IMG/VR virus record: IMGVR_UViG_3300044699_000015
Coordinates: 1-55,557 of that record
From: a virus
Lineage: Duplodnaviria > Caudoviricetes
Direction: 5' to 3' (one strand)
Length of the DNA: 55,557 nt
The position numbers were made by a program, and so were the translations under genes. Within the stretch, counting starts at the first letter, position 1, and each line of letters opens with the position of its first letter. This document shows positions 40,709 through 49,988 of the stretch, piece after piece. Under the pieces are notes generated by a model, which did not search any database, was not told the origin of the DNA, and saw only the letters and a program-made list of their open reading frames with translations.

Positions 40709-41369
40709 ATTTCGCGCCTTTGGAAATGTTTTCTCTCCACCAAAGAGGTTGCAGGTTTGTATAATGAAAGCAGATTTTTTGTTGCTCTGGGTCGAATAAA
40801 TCAAAGGAACTTATAGGCCGCACATGGTCAACATGCCAGCCGAAACGACCACGATTAGCCCAAGTCATTCCGGGTTTAAATTTCGACTCCAAATGTTTTT
40901 CAAGCTCCGGAATAGTGCATCCCAATAATTCCATTGTCTCTGCTGCTTTTTTGCCACCCGGAAATTTCAAGGCCATAAGGATTCTGGCTCGCATGTCGCA
41001 ACGAAGTTTAAATTGCGGGTCTGTTTTCAGACGCCGATACATGTTTCTCTTGCTATTCGCCTTAACACGCTCTTTATTGTTCTGGTAATAGAGATTGTCT
41101 TTTGCCTTTTTATTTTCTAAATGCTTTAAACGGTAATTCCTATTCCATTTCTTCTTTTGCTCTTTGGTGACAGACTTTTTCCTGCGCTTGGGGTCTTTAT
41201 GATAACGCTCTTTATCATAAGCATTTAACTTTTCCCTATTTTGTTCACGGTGTTTCTTGACCCATGCTTTGCGCTTTGCTTTCCATTCGGGGTCGGCGCG
41301 TCTCAATGCCAATTCAGCTTTGCGCTCTTGGTATCTCGCCTCACTCCACGCAACCTTATCAAATGCCAT
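40695..41369 (-). CDS. HNH endonuclease with long basic N-terminus
   Basis: WHVDHVRPISSFDL...CFHYTNLQPLW..ENISKG. Confidence 0.85.
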   Translation of the reverse strand: MAFDKVAWSEARYQERKAELALRRADPEWKAKRKAWVKKHREQNREKLNAYDKERYHKDPKRRKKSVTKEQKKKWNRNYRLKHLENKKAKDNLYYQNNKERVKANSKRNMYRRLKTDPQFKLRCDMRARILMALKFPGGKKAAETMELLGCTIPELEKHLESKFKPGMTWANRGRFGWHVDHVRPISSFDLFDPEQQKICFHYTNLQPLWWRENISKGAKYAPA

Positions 41370-41375
41370 GCCGCG

Positions 41376-41404
41376 ATAGTGACGACCTTAATCATCTAAG
41401 TCAA
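41376..41404 (-). promoter_or_regulatory. sigma70-like promoter (leaderless transcript)
   Basis: TTGACT-17-CACTAT, 6 nt before ATG 41369. Confidence 0.5.
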
Positions 41405-41606
41405 TCGAAAACCATTGCGTATGTAAAAATACGGAGTATATCTCATTCAACAGACCGTTCTTAGCCGCGCTTAGCCGGCTCAGAACAATGTTTCGAGAGA
41501 TTGTTAATCGTTTCTCAAAACTTCAAAGCGTGTTTCTTTCCGCCGTCTGGAATACAACCCAAAAACCGTCCGTTTTTAACATGGACAAAAGATAAGACAA
41601 AAATTT

Positions 41607-42917
41607 ATGGCAATCGACTGCTCCAAGTTCAACAGCTTTTTGCTGAGAAGAACCCCCGATTTTGATAAACAGTTATCAAAAGACCGTTATCCGTTCAGCT
41701 ATCTCTACACCAACATGTATGAGAGCCAGCCTTTCACAGCGTTTACAGGCTTTCAACACACTTGGGATAGGGTGCATGTGACTCGTCCCAACGATGATGG
41801 CAATTGGGATACGGTCAACTCGAACGACTGCGCTCAAAACATCTGCGATTATTCGCGTGTGTTCACAGGTTGGGGTTCGACTCGTTCTACGTATGGCATT
41901 TTCCATCGGGACTATCAGTCGCCGGTGTTCTGCTTTGACCAGTTAAGACATGTGGAGGAAGCGGAAGCGCAATTGTCGGCTATCGTTGACGGCCACAAGA
42001 AATTGCCTGATAGCATCATTTCGGATTTCCTTCGTTTGCTCGCCATGCGGCAGTCCAATGTGATTTGGATTTGCGGCTCGGCGGATACGCAAGTGACAAC
42101 CACCGATTCAATGTTCACGTTCACTAACGGCACATTGAATGTCAATTTGGGTGGCACAGGAAATCTGCCTGATTCCAAGCTTTCCATCCAATATCTGAAC
42201 AACCACGTCGAAAACCTGATGTATAACGGTTATTTTGACCAAGACTTTATCCCCACGGGTAAGTTTTCGGTCACTACCGACATTCAGACGCAAACGGATT
42301 TGACCAATGCTAATCCATCGTTGACGCAGATGTATAACGCGGCTGACTTTGTGAAGGGCGGAAAATTCTTCGCCTATGGCGTTATGTCCGGTGCGGGTAA
42401 TTGGTTGTTCAAGGTTGACCCGGAACCGATGCGTTTTCAGCATATTGGCTCTGGCGTCCTTCGGCGCATTCTGCCCTATCAGAACGTGGCAACTACTGTG
42501 GGCAAACAGCCGGTGTTTGATACCGCGTATAAGAACGCAGAGTATCAGATGTATCACGTCTATAATCGTGCGGCTCGCAAGATTGAGGTTGGCGACATTA
42601 CGCCGGTCAATCCTGAAATGAAGTTCAACACGGCGCGTTCGCTCATGGGCAAATGGTCATGGAAGTCGCCTGATTACTTCCGCGCCACCGACCCGAACAC
42701 TGGGACAGTGTGCGAATACATGAACGACAAGAAGAACAAGGGTTACTTTTTGGCTGAGTTCGAGATGGGTGCAAAAACCATCTACCCGGAAATCGAAATG
42801 GTCATCATTGCGAAACGTGAACCGCAGGGCGTGGTTAGCATTCCGCGTTGTGCCGATTCGCCTTCGATGGTCTATCAGTCGCTCACGCCTTACAATGGGC
42901 CTCTGTGCGAGCAATAA
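41607..42917 (+). CDS. probable major capsid protein
   Basis: 436 aa, codon usage looks biased (AAC/TTC/AAG), own promoter region, followed by strong hairpin and structural genes; no direct family match verified. Confidence 0.65.
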   Translation: MAIDCSKFNSFLLRRTPDFDKQLSKDRYPFSYLYTNMYESQPFTAFTGFQHTWDRVHVTRPNDDGNWDTVNSNDCAQNICDYSRVFTGWGSTRSTYGIFHRDYQSPVFCFDQLRHVEEAEAQLSAIVDGHKKLPDSIISDFLRLLAMRQSNVIWICGSADTQVTTTDSMFTFTNGTLNVNLGGTGNLPDSKLSIQYLNNHVENLMYNGYFDQDFIPTGKFSVTTDIQTQTDLTNANPSLTQMYNAADFVKGGKFFAYGVMSGAGNWLFKVDPEPMRFQHIGSGVLRRILPYQNVATTVGKQPVFDTAYKNAEYQMYHVYNRAARKIEVGDITPVNPEMKFNTARSLMGKWSWKSPDYFRATDPNTGTVCEYMNDKKNKGYFLAEFEMGAKTIYPEIEMVIIAKREPQGVVSIPRCADSPSMVYQSLTPYNGPLCEQ

Positions 42918-42931
42918 GAGTCTGATTAACC

Positions 42932-42959
42932 GGACGGCAGGTGTCATAGCCTGCCGTCC
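42932..42959 (+). terminator. stable hairpin after capsid gene
   Basis: GGACGGCAGG/CCTGCCGTCC 10 bp perfect, no U-tract. Confidence 0.5.
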
Positions 42960-42976
42960 TAACAACGAAAGGTTTT

Positions 42977-43261
42977 ATGGACTCAACTGATTATCAAAAT
43001 GGGGACGGCGGGCCTGCTACGGCTTCGCTGGACGAATCACCCGACACGAAGGGTGGGGAAGATACGTTCTTTTTGCCATCCGACTTCTGCGAAGGGATGG
43101 ATTACAAAGAGGGTGATACGATTACTCTTAAAGTAGTTAATGCGCCTGATTCGGATGGTGATGTGGAGGTTAAGATGGCAAAGGGTGAGAGCAAGCCAAA
43201 GGATGACTTCTACAGCGATATGCGAAGTTCTATGAGTGACGAAGGAGGCCAAAGTGAGTAA
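42977..43261 (+). CDS. small acidic protein
   Basis: 94 aa D/E-rich, AAAGG SD. Confidence 0.7.
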   Translation: MDSTDYQNGDGGPATASLDESPDTKGGEDTFFLPSDFCEGMDYKEGDTITLKVVNAPDSDGDVEVKMAKGESKPKDDFYSDMRSSMSDEGGQSE

Positions 43262-43652
43262 CCCCGTTTGCTCGAATCAAACATTGATTACGGATGCGGC
43301 TTGCTATGTCATTCCTGACATCAGCCCCGCCGCGCAAAAGGCGTTGTTAATCTATGCCAAGGTGCTGCAATTGGCAGCGATGGGAGGCACGGATTACACA
43401 TCTTCTATCAATACCACATTGGTATCGGATGCGGCTACGCTGACCTGCAACATGGCTCCCAATCAGAATGACGCTGCAAGGGTGGCCTTGGCGTTCACCA
43501 ATGCAGCAGCTAAGGGTGCGAGCGTGCCAGCAACCATGACGCTAAAGATGGCTCAAATAGCGTGCATTGTGAATCTTGACCCTCAGACCTTGGATGACAT
43601 TGATTTGCTCCTTACCTGCAAGTTTGGGCAGCAAAAATCCTACATACAATAA
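43254..43652 (+). CDS. Cys-repeat helical structural protein
   Basis: AAGGAGG SD plus GTG; degenerate copies of the repeat seen in next two genes. Confidence 0.65.
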   Translation: MSNPVCSNQTLITDAACYVIPDISPAAQKALLIYAKVLQLAAMGGTDYTSSINTTLVSDAATLTCNMAPNQNDAARVALAFTNAAAKGASVPATMTLKMAQIACIVNLDPQTLDDIDLLLTCKFGQQKSYIQ

Positions 43653-43655
43653 GCC

Positions 43656-43883
43656 ATGGCTATTAGCTGCGAACCCAACGACCTCGCAGCAGCAATAACG
43701 TGTTTTGATAAACTTTCAGCATTACAACTGGAACAAGTTAAGACCTATTTGCTCGCTGTAATAGCAGGAGGCTCTACCGACCCGGAAACCCTCATGGCTT
43801 CCGCGAAATGCTTTAACAAGTTTAGTTTTGAGCAATTGTTGGAGGTGCAAACCTATCTGCTCTGTCAAATCGCTAACGCATGA
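43656..43883 (+). CDS. Cys-repeat small protein (2 repeats)
   Basis: SCEPNDLAAAITCFDKLS...TYLL / STDPETLMASAKCFNKFS...TYLLCQIA. Confidence 0.75.
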   Translation: MAISCEPNDLAAAITCFDKLSALQLEQVKTYLLAVIAGGSTDPETLMASAKCFNKFSFEQLLEVQTYLLCQIANA

Positions 43884-44077
43884 TTTCTTGTGACCCTAAC
43901 GATTTGTCAGCCGCCGCCAAGTGCTTCTCGAAGTTGAGCAATCGCCAGAACTCGGAGGCGGCAGCATATTTGCTCTGTCAAATCGCCAATGGAGGTGGTG
44001 GAAGTGGTAACTTTAGAATTACGGAGGCTGGAGACAGACGCATAACGGAAGCTGGCGACCCAAGGATAATTGAATGA
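43880..44077 (+). CDS. Cys-repeat small protein with RITEAGD tandem
   Basis: SCDPNDLSAAAKCFSKLS...YLLCQIANGGGGSG-RITEAGDRRITEAGDPRIIE. Confidence 0.75.
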   Translation: MISCDPNDLSAAAKCFSKLSNRQNSEAAAYLLCQIANGGGGSGNFRITEAGDRRITEAGDPRIIE

Positions 44078-44078
44078 T

Positions 44079-44543
44079 ATGGCCGACAAGAAAATATCTC
44101 AATTACCGGGAGCAGGCCCATTACAGGGAACAGAACAGGTGGAGCTTAATCAAGGTGGCACTTCTGCAAGAACAACCTTGGCTGATATAGCCGCAAAGAT
44201 TCAGATTGTTCCAACTATTTCCAGAAAGGCATTGGCGTTCGGAACCTACACCAACAACAGCGGGTTTCCTGTAATACTGGTGGTAGTTTACAGTGTCTTT
44301 GGACTATCAGGAGATACCTCAACTAGCGTGGTGCTTTCCAATGGTTATGATGACAACCCACCGATTGTGGGGTTTGCAGATGCGGATAGCGCGGGATTAG
44401 ACCTTTCCATAAACGGAACCTGCACAATGGTAATTCCCAATGGGCAGCAATATACATTGTTCACCCAAGACCCCGGTGGAGCACAACCAAATACAGTTGA
44501 TGGACATTATTGGATAACATTAGCCCTTCAATTTGTCCCGTGA
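44079..44543 (+). CDS. fibre/decoration-type structural protein
   Basis: MADKKISQLP.A..L.GTE....QGG anchor motif common in phage fibre genes. Confidence 0.65.
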   Translation: MADKKISQLPGAGPLQGTEQVELNQGGTSARTTLADIAAKIQIVPTISRKALAFGTYTNNSGFPVILVVVYSVFGLSGDTSTSVVLSNGYDDNPPIVGFADADSAGLDLSINGTCTMVIPNGQQYTLFTQDPGGAQPNTVDGHYWITLALQFVP

Positions 44544-44544
44544 T

Positions 44545-44808
44545 ATGGCCAATTTTAAAATCACCGACCTTCCCGCCGCTACCGCTCTGACAGGAAGCGA
44601 GCCTATGGAAGCCGTTCAGGGCGGTGTGAGCGTTCAAACCACATCTGGCGCAATCAATCTGGCTGTTACTGGAACAGGCTCGCCGGAAACCGTGGTGACC
44701 GCTCCTGTTGGTAAAATCTATTTTGACCTCACTGACACAGGAAACCCCGGCATGTGGGTTAAGGCCACCGGAATCGGAAATACCGGATGGACTCAGATTT
44801 TAGGATAA
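44545..44808 (+). CDS. fibre/decoration-type structural protein
   Basis: MANFKITDLPAATALTGSE....QGG; GTGSPETVVTAPVG...WVKATG.GNTGW. Confidence 0.7.
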   Translation: MANFKITDLPAATALTGSEPMEAVQGGVSVQTTSGAINLAVTGTGSPETVVTAPVGKIYFDLTDTGNPGMWVKATGIGNTGWTQILG

Positions 44809-44812
44809 CATT

Positions 44813-45985
44813 ATGAGATATTCTGCATTGATAACCTTGATACTTACTGTGTTTTCGGCTATGGGACAGCCGGTGTTGAGAAGCCCTCTTACCACAAACA
44901 GATTTACCACCAATATCACCGGGCAAGTTGATGCAAAAGGCATCTCAATCAGCAATTTCAATACTCTTTCAACAACGGGCAGGGTGGATATTTTCACAAC
45001 CCTTACCAACGCGAGTAACTACAAGCGTGTATCAATTTATAACAATGAGCCTGATGTTTTCATTGACCTAAACGGCCAAGGCGCGGCTACTAATGGTGGC
45101 GATTTTTATATCAGAAACATGTCTGGAAATCACCAAATGCGGTTTTGGACTGCTGGAATCGAGAGGTTCCGCATTGACAATACTGGCGTATTATATGGAG
45201 ACGGTGGAGGAATGACTAATTTGATAGCCGATAATCTTACCGGGACGTTGCCTATCGGGGTGTTGCCCGTAGGAGTTTATACGGTGTCTGGAATTTCGAT
45301 TGGACAATGGCGTATTACGACAAATCCAGCAAATAACGATTTGGTATTTACAAACACTGTCACCAGCGTTTCTCCGCTAACCATTGGCAGCAATGGAATT
45401 ATCACAATGATTACGCCGCAGTTGGCGCTTCGCCCCATAGGAACTGAATCAAATGTGTTTGCTATCTATCGGTCTAATGGACTGTTTTTAGTTCAGATGG
45501 GCGACTGTCCGAATCTGCCCGGAAGCGGACAATTAACCCTTGGAAACAATTCATTGGTTGGTTCAGGGCAGGGAAACGTCTCATTGCTTGGATTGAACAC
45601 TTCCACCTACGTAAACTCGCCGTCAGCGAATATAAATTTCAGCGTTGGATTGAATGTAAAATCAAGTCTGTCGTCTTCCTTATTCAACTTCTCAATACCG
45701 ACCACAATTCAATCCAGCAACGGGGTTGCAGGAATAGTAACAGCAACAAACAATGTGGCTACACTCGCTACAAATGTCCTGACGTTTACCGCCGTTTCCT
45801 CACTTACAAATACGCTCGGTTATGATGGCACGGCCTCAGTATCGGCTGGAACATCCGTAGTATTGCAAGACAGTGGTGGCAATACAATAGACACCATCGG
45901 AACGGTGGCAACTTTGCACGTCCTTATTCCTATGCGTAAGAATTATCGTATTTCTGGAACAGGTGTTTCCTGCGTGATTTATTAA
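44813..45985 (+). CDS. signal-peptide-bearing T/N-rich fibre-like protein
   Basis: MRYSALITLILTVFSAMG|Q; FWTAGIERFRIDNTG; YGDGGGMTNL..NLTGTLP. Confidence 0.65.
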   Translation: MRYSALITLILTVFSAMGQPVLRSPLTTNRFTTNITGQVDAKGISISNFNTLSTTGRVDIFTTLTNASNYKRVSIYNNEPDVFIDLNGQGAATNGGDFYIRNMSGNHQMRFWTAGIERFRIDNTGVLYGDGGGMTNLIADNLTGTLPIGVLPVGVYTVSGISIGQWRITTNPANNDLVFTNTVTSVSPLTIGSNGIITMITPQLALRPIGTESNVFAIYRSNGLFLVQMGDCPNLPGSGQLTLGNNSLVGSGQGNVSLLGLNTSTYVNSPSANINFSVGLNVKSSLSSSLFNFSIPTTIQSSNGVAGIVTATNNVATLATNVLTFTAVSSLTNTLGYDGTASVSAGTSVVLQDSGGNTIDTIGTVATLHVLIPMRKNYRISGTGVSCVIY

Positions 45986-45986
45986 C

Positions 45987-46328
45987 ATGAGCAACCATAC
46001 CAACCCTAAAACCATGTCAGAGGAACAGGAAAAGAAAATGTCCACGCCTACAATCGGTTTAAATACCAAGTTCCGTTTGGATTTCTTAGTCGCCATGGCT
46101 CCGGTAGTTTGCATGTTGGTAGTCCTGTTTTTTCAAGTCAAGGAAGTGAGCAAAAAGGTGGACAACCAATGGACAGTGGGCAATATGGCGGTATGGTCAC
46201 AGCAATTTCAGAATGATAATCCATCGTCCAAGGTTCCTGAACCGTTCAAGATTAAGCATTTAATGGAACCGGGGTTTGTCATGTTGCAACCGCCATTAAC
46301 CACAGCATCCATATACCAACAACCATGA
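45987..46328 (+). CDS. single-TM membrane protein
   Basis: FLVAMAPVVCMLVVLFF. Confidence 0.6.
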   Translation: MSNHTNPKTMSEEQEKKMSTPTIGLNTKFRLDFLVAMAPVVCMLVVLFFQVKEVSKKVDNQWTVGNMAVWSQQFQNDNPSSKVPEPFKIKHLMEPGFVMLQPPLTTASIYQQP

Positions 46329-46735
46329 AAACACTAATCGTAACATTGTCCTTAATCGCCCTTGTCGCCACCGGAGCGGATTTCGTCATCTACCCGCAAG
46401 GCGTCGCTACAAATAGTTGCATCGTAAACTCCGGTTGCCCCGGCAGTTATTGTGGCCATGCAACGTATTCCAAGACCATTTCGCAAGGCTGGGGCTGGAA
46501 ACCTGATACCAACAACGGAACTGTTTTCACGGCCACATATACCAACAACCTGAACGTCAAAGTTCAATATATCGGCAAGGAGAAACTAGACCCCGGATGT
46601 GGCGTTGGAACTGTTCAGATTACAAACCCGCCCCAAAGCACGGTATATCGGTTTACGGTTTACTATCCAAATAGGGCAGATGTTCCCCTCACTACAAACG
46701 GTTGTCCATTGTTGCTGTCTGGTATGCTTCCATGA
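46325..46735 (+). CDS. secreted Cys-containing protein
   Basis: MKTLIVTLSLIALVATGA|D signal peptide. Confidence 0.65.
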   Translation: MKTLIVTLSLIALVATGADFVIYPQGVATNSCIVNSGCPGSYCGHATYSKTISQGWGWKPDTNNGTVFTATYTNNLNVKVQYIGKEKLDPGCGVGTVQITNPPQSTVYRFTVYYPNRADVPLTTNGCPLLLSGMLP

Positions 46736-47187
46736 CCAAACTCTCCCGCCATGTCATTTACATTGATGGAAAAGGGAAGCGTTTCGAGGCTCTGCTTTTG
46801 GATGAAGTGGTCTCTACCGTAATTCCCATGAATCTGTGCTATGTCACGAAATTGGGGAACATGGTTTTAACGTCCGCTGGTTTTGCCGCTCGCAAGTTGA
46901 AAAAGAATCATTGGTCAAAAACGATTGGATTTTTTCTATTGCTGGCATTCAATCTGTATGCCGATGAAACCAACCTTGTTGCCAAGGTGGTAAGTTCGGA
47001 GCGAAACGAGGTTGAGCTTGAAATCCCGCAACCGAATGGGTTGGAAACCAAAGTCATATCCAGAATCTACGTTGACCGTGTGATAACTGTCACCAACGGC
47101 ACGGAAATCATTTCAGCCACCAACACGGTCAAGACAGACCGCGCAACAATCAAACTGGTTCCCACCGACGAAAGGCGACTACATTGA
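46732..47187 (+). CDS. hypothetical protein with internal hydrophobic segment
   Basis: ATGA-coupled; TIGFFLLLAFNLYA. Confidence 0.5.
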   Translation: MTKLSRHVIYIDGKGKRFEALLLDEVVSTVIPMNLCYVTKLGNMVLTSAGFAARKLKKNHWSKTIGFFLLLAFNLYADETNLVAKVVSSERNEVELEIPQPNGLETKVISRIYVDRVITVTNGTEIISATNTVKTDRATIKLVPTDERRLH

Positions 47188-47384
47188 AGCTCTCAGGGTT
47201 TGAGACATCCGTGTTGTGCCTTTTAGCCATGGGAAAAACCAACCAAGAGATTGCTACTGCTTTGAAGTGTGATGAGGCCGACATTAAAGAGCTAATGAAA
47301 CGCATCATTGACGAGGGGGACAAAGATGTGGAAATGAAGCTGAATATCGCCATGTTCACCGCCGAACAACAAAAGAAACCATAA
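47184..47384 (+). CDS. solo LuxR-like HTH protein
   Basis: LSGFETSVLCLLAMGKTNQEIATAL. Confidence 0.65.
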   Translation: MKLSGFETSVLCLLAMGKTNQEIATALKCDEADIKELMKRIIDEGDKDVEMKLNIAMFTAEQQKKP

Positions 47385-47389
47385 AACGC

Positions 47390-47737
47390 ATGTCTAATTG
47401 GAGAACCAACCTTGGAGGCGCAATCTCAATCACTGGCACTTCGCTGATTGGCATTGGCGTGTTGACACAATTAACTCAACTGTCACCCGATGCCGCAAGT
47501 ATGCTATCTCCAGCAGTTTACAAACTGATGTGGTATGCGGCCTTTGTGGGATTTGTTCTTAGCGCTGTAGGCAAAGGAGTAACGGCATTGTTTGCCGCCG
47601 ATGCCAAGTCGGTTAAGAATTTGCAGGAGCAAATCAACATGGTTCCGAAAGCCATAGACACGGGCGACACGAGTATGCTATATAAAACGCAGTTGGAACA
47701 AAAACCATCAACCACAGACGCACCTAAAACAACATGA
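47390..47737 (+). CDS. putative holin
   Basis: MSNWRTNLGG start, two TM segments, LFAADAK, charged tail. Confidence 0.55.
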   Translation: MSNWRTNLGGAISITGTSLIGIGVLTQLTQLSPDAASMLSPAVYKLMWYAAFVGFVLSAVGKGVTALFAADAKSVKNLQEQINMVPKAIDTGDTSMLYKTQLEQKPSTTDAPKTT

Positions 47738-48042
47738 GTAAATACTCACAGAAAGTTCAGGACGCACTTAACAAAATAGCCAGCGGAAAACTGATTCAGG
47801 CTGAAACAGTTATGTCAATTGACGCGGCTACCGGCAAGCGGATTGTAGAGTTTCGCGGGCCACCGGAGGCACATTTCACTGTGCTTACTGTTGAAAAAGG
47901 TGATGCAAGTTTGGATGTTTACAACCCGAATTACGCCGAACTGATTGATTATATTTTCGAGAAACAGCCGGACGGTAGCTGGCTTGGCATCGGAAACGCA
48001 AAAGGTTGGGTGTCGGCCACTGCTTATCTTCCCAACCCGTAA
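47734..48042 (+). CDS. hypothetical protein
   Basis: ATGA-coupled, 102 aa. Confidence 0.6.
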   Translation: MSKYSQKVQDALNKIASGKLIQAETVMSIDAATGKRIVEFRGPPEAHFTVLTVEKGDASLDVYNPNYAELIDYIFEKQPDGSWLGIGNAKGWVSATAYLPNP

Positions 48043-48046
48043 TCCT

Positions 48047-48400
48047 ATGAAAAAACTACTTCAAATCTCAGTCCTAACATTCGCAATCTTTATAGGTTGC
48101 GGTATGTCTTGCAACAAGCCTTCGCAACAGCAGTTGTCATTCAACACGATTTACACAGTTGAAACCACGGCTACAGCAACTTATGACAGCTACGTTTCTC
48201 TCGTTGCTCAAGGCAAACTGCCAACCAACGACGTGCCGCGCATCTCGAAACTGTTCAACAAGTTTCAGGCTTACGAACAAGTGGCTTTGGACTTGGTGCA
48301 TAACAACACCAATGCCATTGCCCCGGCAGACCTGATGACCCAAGGTCAAACATTGGTAAACGAAATCCTCGTTATCAAACAAAACAACCCAATTAAATAA
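48047..48400 (+). CDS. lipoprotein (possible spanin-like)
   Basis: MKKLLQISVLTFAIFIGCGMSC lipoprotein signal, helical body. Confidence 0.6.
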   Translation: MKKLLQISVLTFAIFIGCGMSCNKPSQQQLSFNTIYTVETTATATYDSYVSLVAQGKLPTNDVPRISKLFNKFQAYEQVALDLVHNNTNAIAPADLMTQGQTLVNEILVIKQNNPIK

Positions 48401-48402
48401 TT

Positions 48403-48636
48403 ATGGACTGGCTCACGATTGCACAATTGATTATCAAAGAGGGGTTGCCTCTGGCTGAATCTCTCTGGCAAAAATGGTCTGCCAACACGGTTCCTACGCA
48501 GAAAGACTTCGATGACCTGAAAGCCAAGGCCACACAGACGGCACAGGACAGAACCAAGGTTGTGCTGGCGGCTCTCGGCATTCCGCTCACAGACCCGAGG
48601 GCGGTTGCGTTATTGGGACTATCCTCTGGCAGCTAA
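48403..48636 (+). CDS. small amphipathic protein
   Basis: MDWLTIAQLIIKEGLPLAESLWQKW. Confidence 0.65.
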   Translation: MDWLTIAQLIIKEGLPLAESLWQKWSANTVPTQKDFDDLKAKATQTAQDRTKVVLAALGIPLTDPRAVALLGLSSGS

Positions 48637-49116
48637 ATGAACATGGTTTTGTCAGGCTGTAAGGAACGCTTTGAAAGGTTCTTTACGGCAACCCGATATT
48701 GGCAAAACCACGATGGTCAACTGTGCCGCGCTTTGGTAACTCATTCCGGTTGGGTAGGAGAGGACGGTTATTCAATCACCGTGAATGACAAAATCCACGA
48801 CTCAAAACTTATAGTGGAAATGTTGGTCAAGGCTTGTGGGTTGATGATTATTTATCCTCCATGCCCAAGCACAGTGGTTGACGATGGGAAAGAGGACATG
48901 CTAAAAGGGTTTAAAAGGCTTATTGATTACGAATGTAACACCTCGAAATACTGGATAGGGCAATGCGATAAAGGCACAACTATTTGGCGCATTTATCAGA
49001 ACCAATATAACTCACTGGCAGATTTGCGGGAGAAGTTAACCGTGCCATTCGTCCTGCAATTCCTTGACCGGATCAAGTTCGACATGCCGGAAGCAACCAC
49101 TAGAATCTTTGAGTGA
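48637..49116 (+). CDS. hypothetical protein
   Basis: 159-aa ORF abutting upstream stop. Confidence 0.55.
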   Translation: MNMVLSGCKERFERFFTATRYWQNHDGQLCRALVTHSGWVGEDGYSITVNDKIHDSKLIVEMLVKACGLMIIYPPCPSTVVDDGKEDMLKGFKRLIDYECNTSKYWIGQCDKGTTIWRIYQNQYNSLADLREKLTVPFVLQFLDRIKFDMPEATTRIFE

Positions 49117-49337
49117 AGGATTTAAGCCCTCAACAGCTTGAATGCGTAAAGGCCATTTGCCTTGGTTTCAGCAGTAAGGAAGTTGCTGCCAGATTGGGCA
49201 TTAAAACTCGCACCGTTGACGAGTATATGTGCCGTGCAATGGCCAAGCTAAGAATCAACTCGCGGGTGAAGCTGGTTCACTACGCACTTGCTAGGGGATA
49301 TATTGAGAACATTTATGCACAGGAACCGAATGGCTAA
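49113..49337 (+). CDS. solo LuxR-family HTH regulator
   Basis: LSPQQLECVKAICLGFSSKEVAARLGIKTRTVDEY...KLRINSRVKLVHYAL. Confidence 0.85.
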   Translation: MKDLSPQQLECVKAICLGFSSKEVAARLGIKTRTVDEYMCRAMAKLRINSRVKLVHYALARGYIENIYAQEPNG

Positions 49338-49344
49338 GATGGTA

Positions 49345-49740
49345 TTAGCCGCTTCCTACAGGACTCTGTAAATCAACTTCGGCTTGTTTGGATTGGTGCT
49401 CAGAATAAAGCTGTTCTGCCAGTTCAGCCGCTTTGATGTTTTCCTCTGTCGGCTCGTGGTTGGCTTTCCAGCGCGATAATTCAGCGGCTTTCTTCAATTG
49501 CACAGCCATGTTGGAATTGACCAGCGTATGAGTTTTATTGGCAACGGTGGCGAGATTGTCCAATTTGATGTCCCTTTGTTTGGAAGATTCCCGCAGGTCT
49601 GACTTTACTTCTTCGGCTTTTCTTGCGGCCTTGTTTGCCTGATGTTGCCCCATCCATGCGAGAGTAATGGTCACACCCGCCGCGAGCGTTGAGTCAATTA
49701 ATGCTTTCCAAACGATGTCACTCGGCATAGCGACTACCAC
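49345..49740 (-). CDS. membrane-anchored coiled-coil protein
   Basis: N-terminal hydrophobic helix; THTLVNSNM. Confidence 0.6.
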   Translation of the reverse strand: MVVAMPSDIVWKALIDSTLAAGVTITLAWMGQHQANKAARKAEEVKSDLRESSKQRDIKLDNLATVANKTHTLVNSNMAVQLKKAAELSRWKANHEPTEENIKAAELAEQLYSEHQSKQAEVDLQSPVGSG

Positions 49741-49976
49741 GCTATAAAACTATGCCCCACAAGTCCAAGCAAAAAGTTCACCGCGATAATGAAGGCGCAG
49801 AAGTAAATCACCCATGTTATGACTTTTTTGAACAGGTCTGGAATGAACGGAGCAATGGATACGAGCCATATCAACGCTCCAAGGATAACCCCCACAATGA
49901 TGAGAACTAAGATAGCGTGGATAAAATCGCTTCCACCTCCGCCGCTGGTCAGAACAACCGCAGATAACATATTCAT
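49734..49976 (-). CDS. two-TM small membrane protein
   Basis: ILVLIIVGVILGALIWLV..P..P..FKKVITWVI. Confidence 0.7.
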   Translation of the reverse strand: MNMLSAVVLTSGGGGSDFIHAILVLIIVGVILGALIWLVSIAPFIPDLFKKVITWVIYFCAFIIAVNFLLGLVGHSFIAW

Positions 49977-49988
49977 AAAATAAGGCGA

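Noticed and set aside
44813-45985. Enrichment of N-glycosylation sequons
   Set aside because: About nine N-x-S/T sites by hand count, roughly what the high N/S/T content would give by chance.
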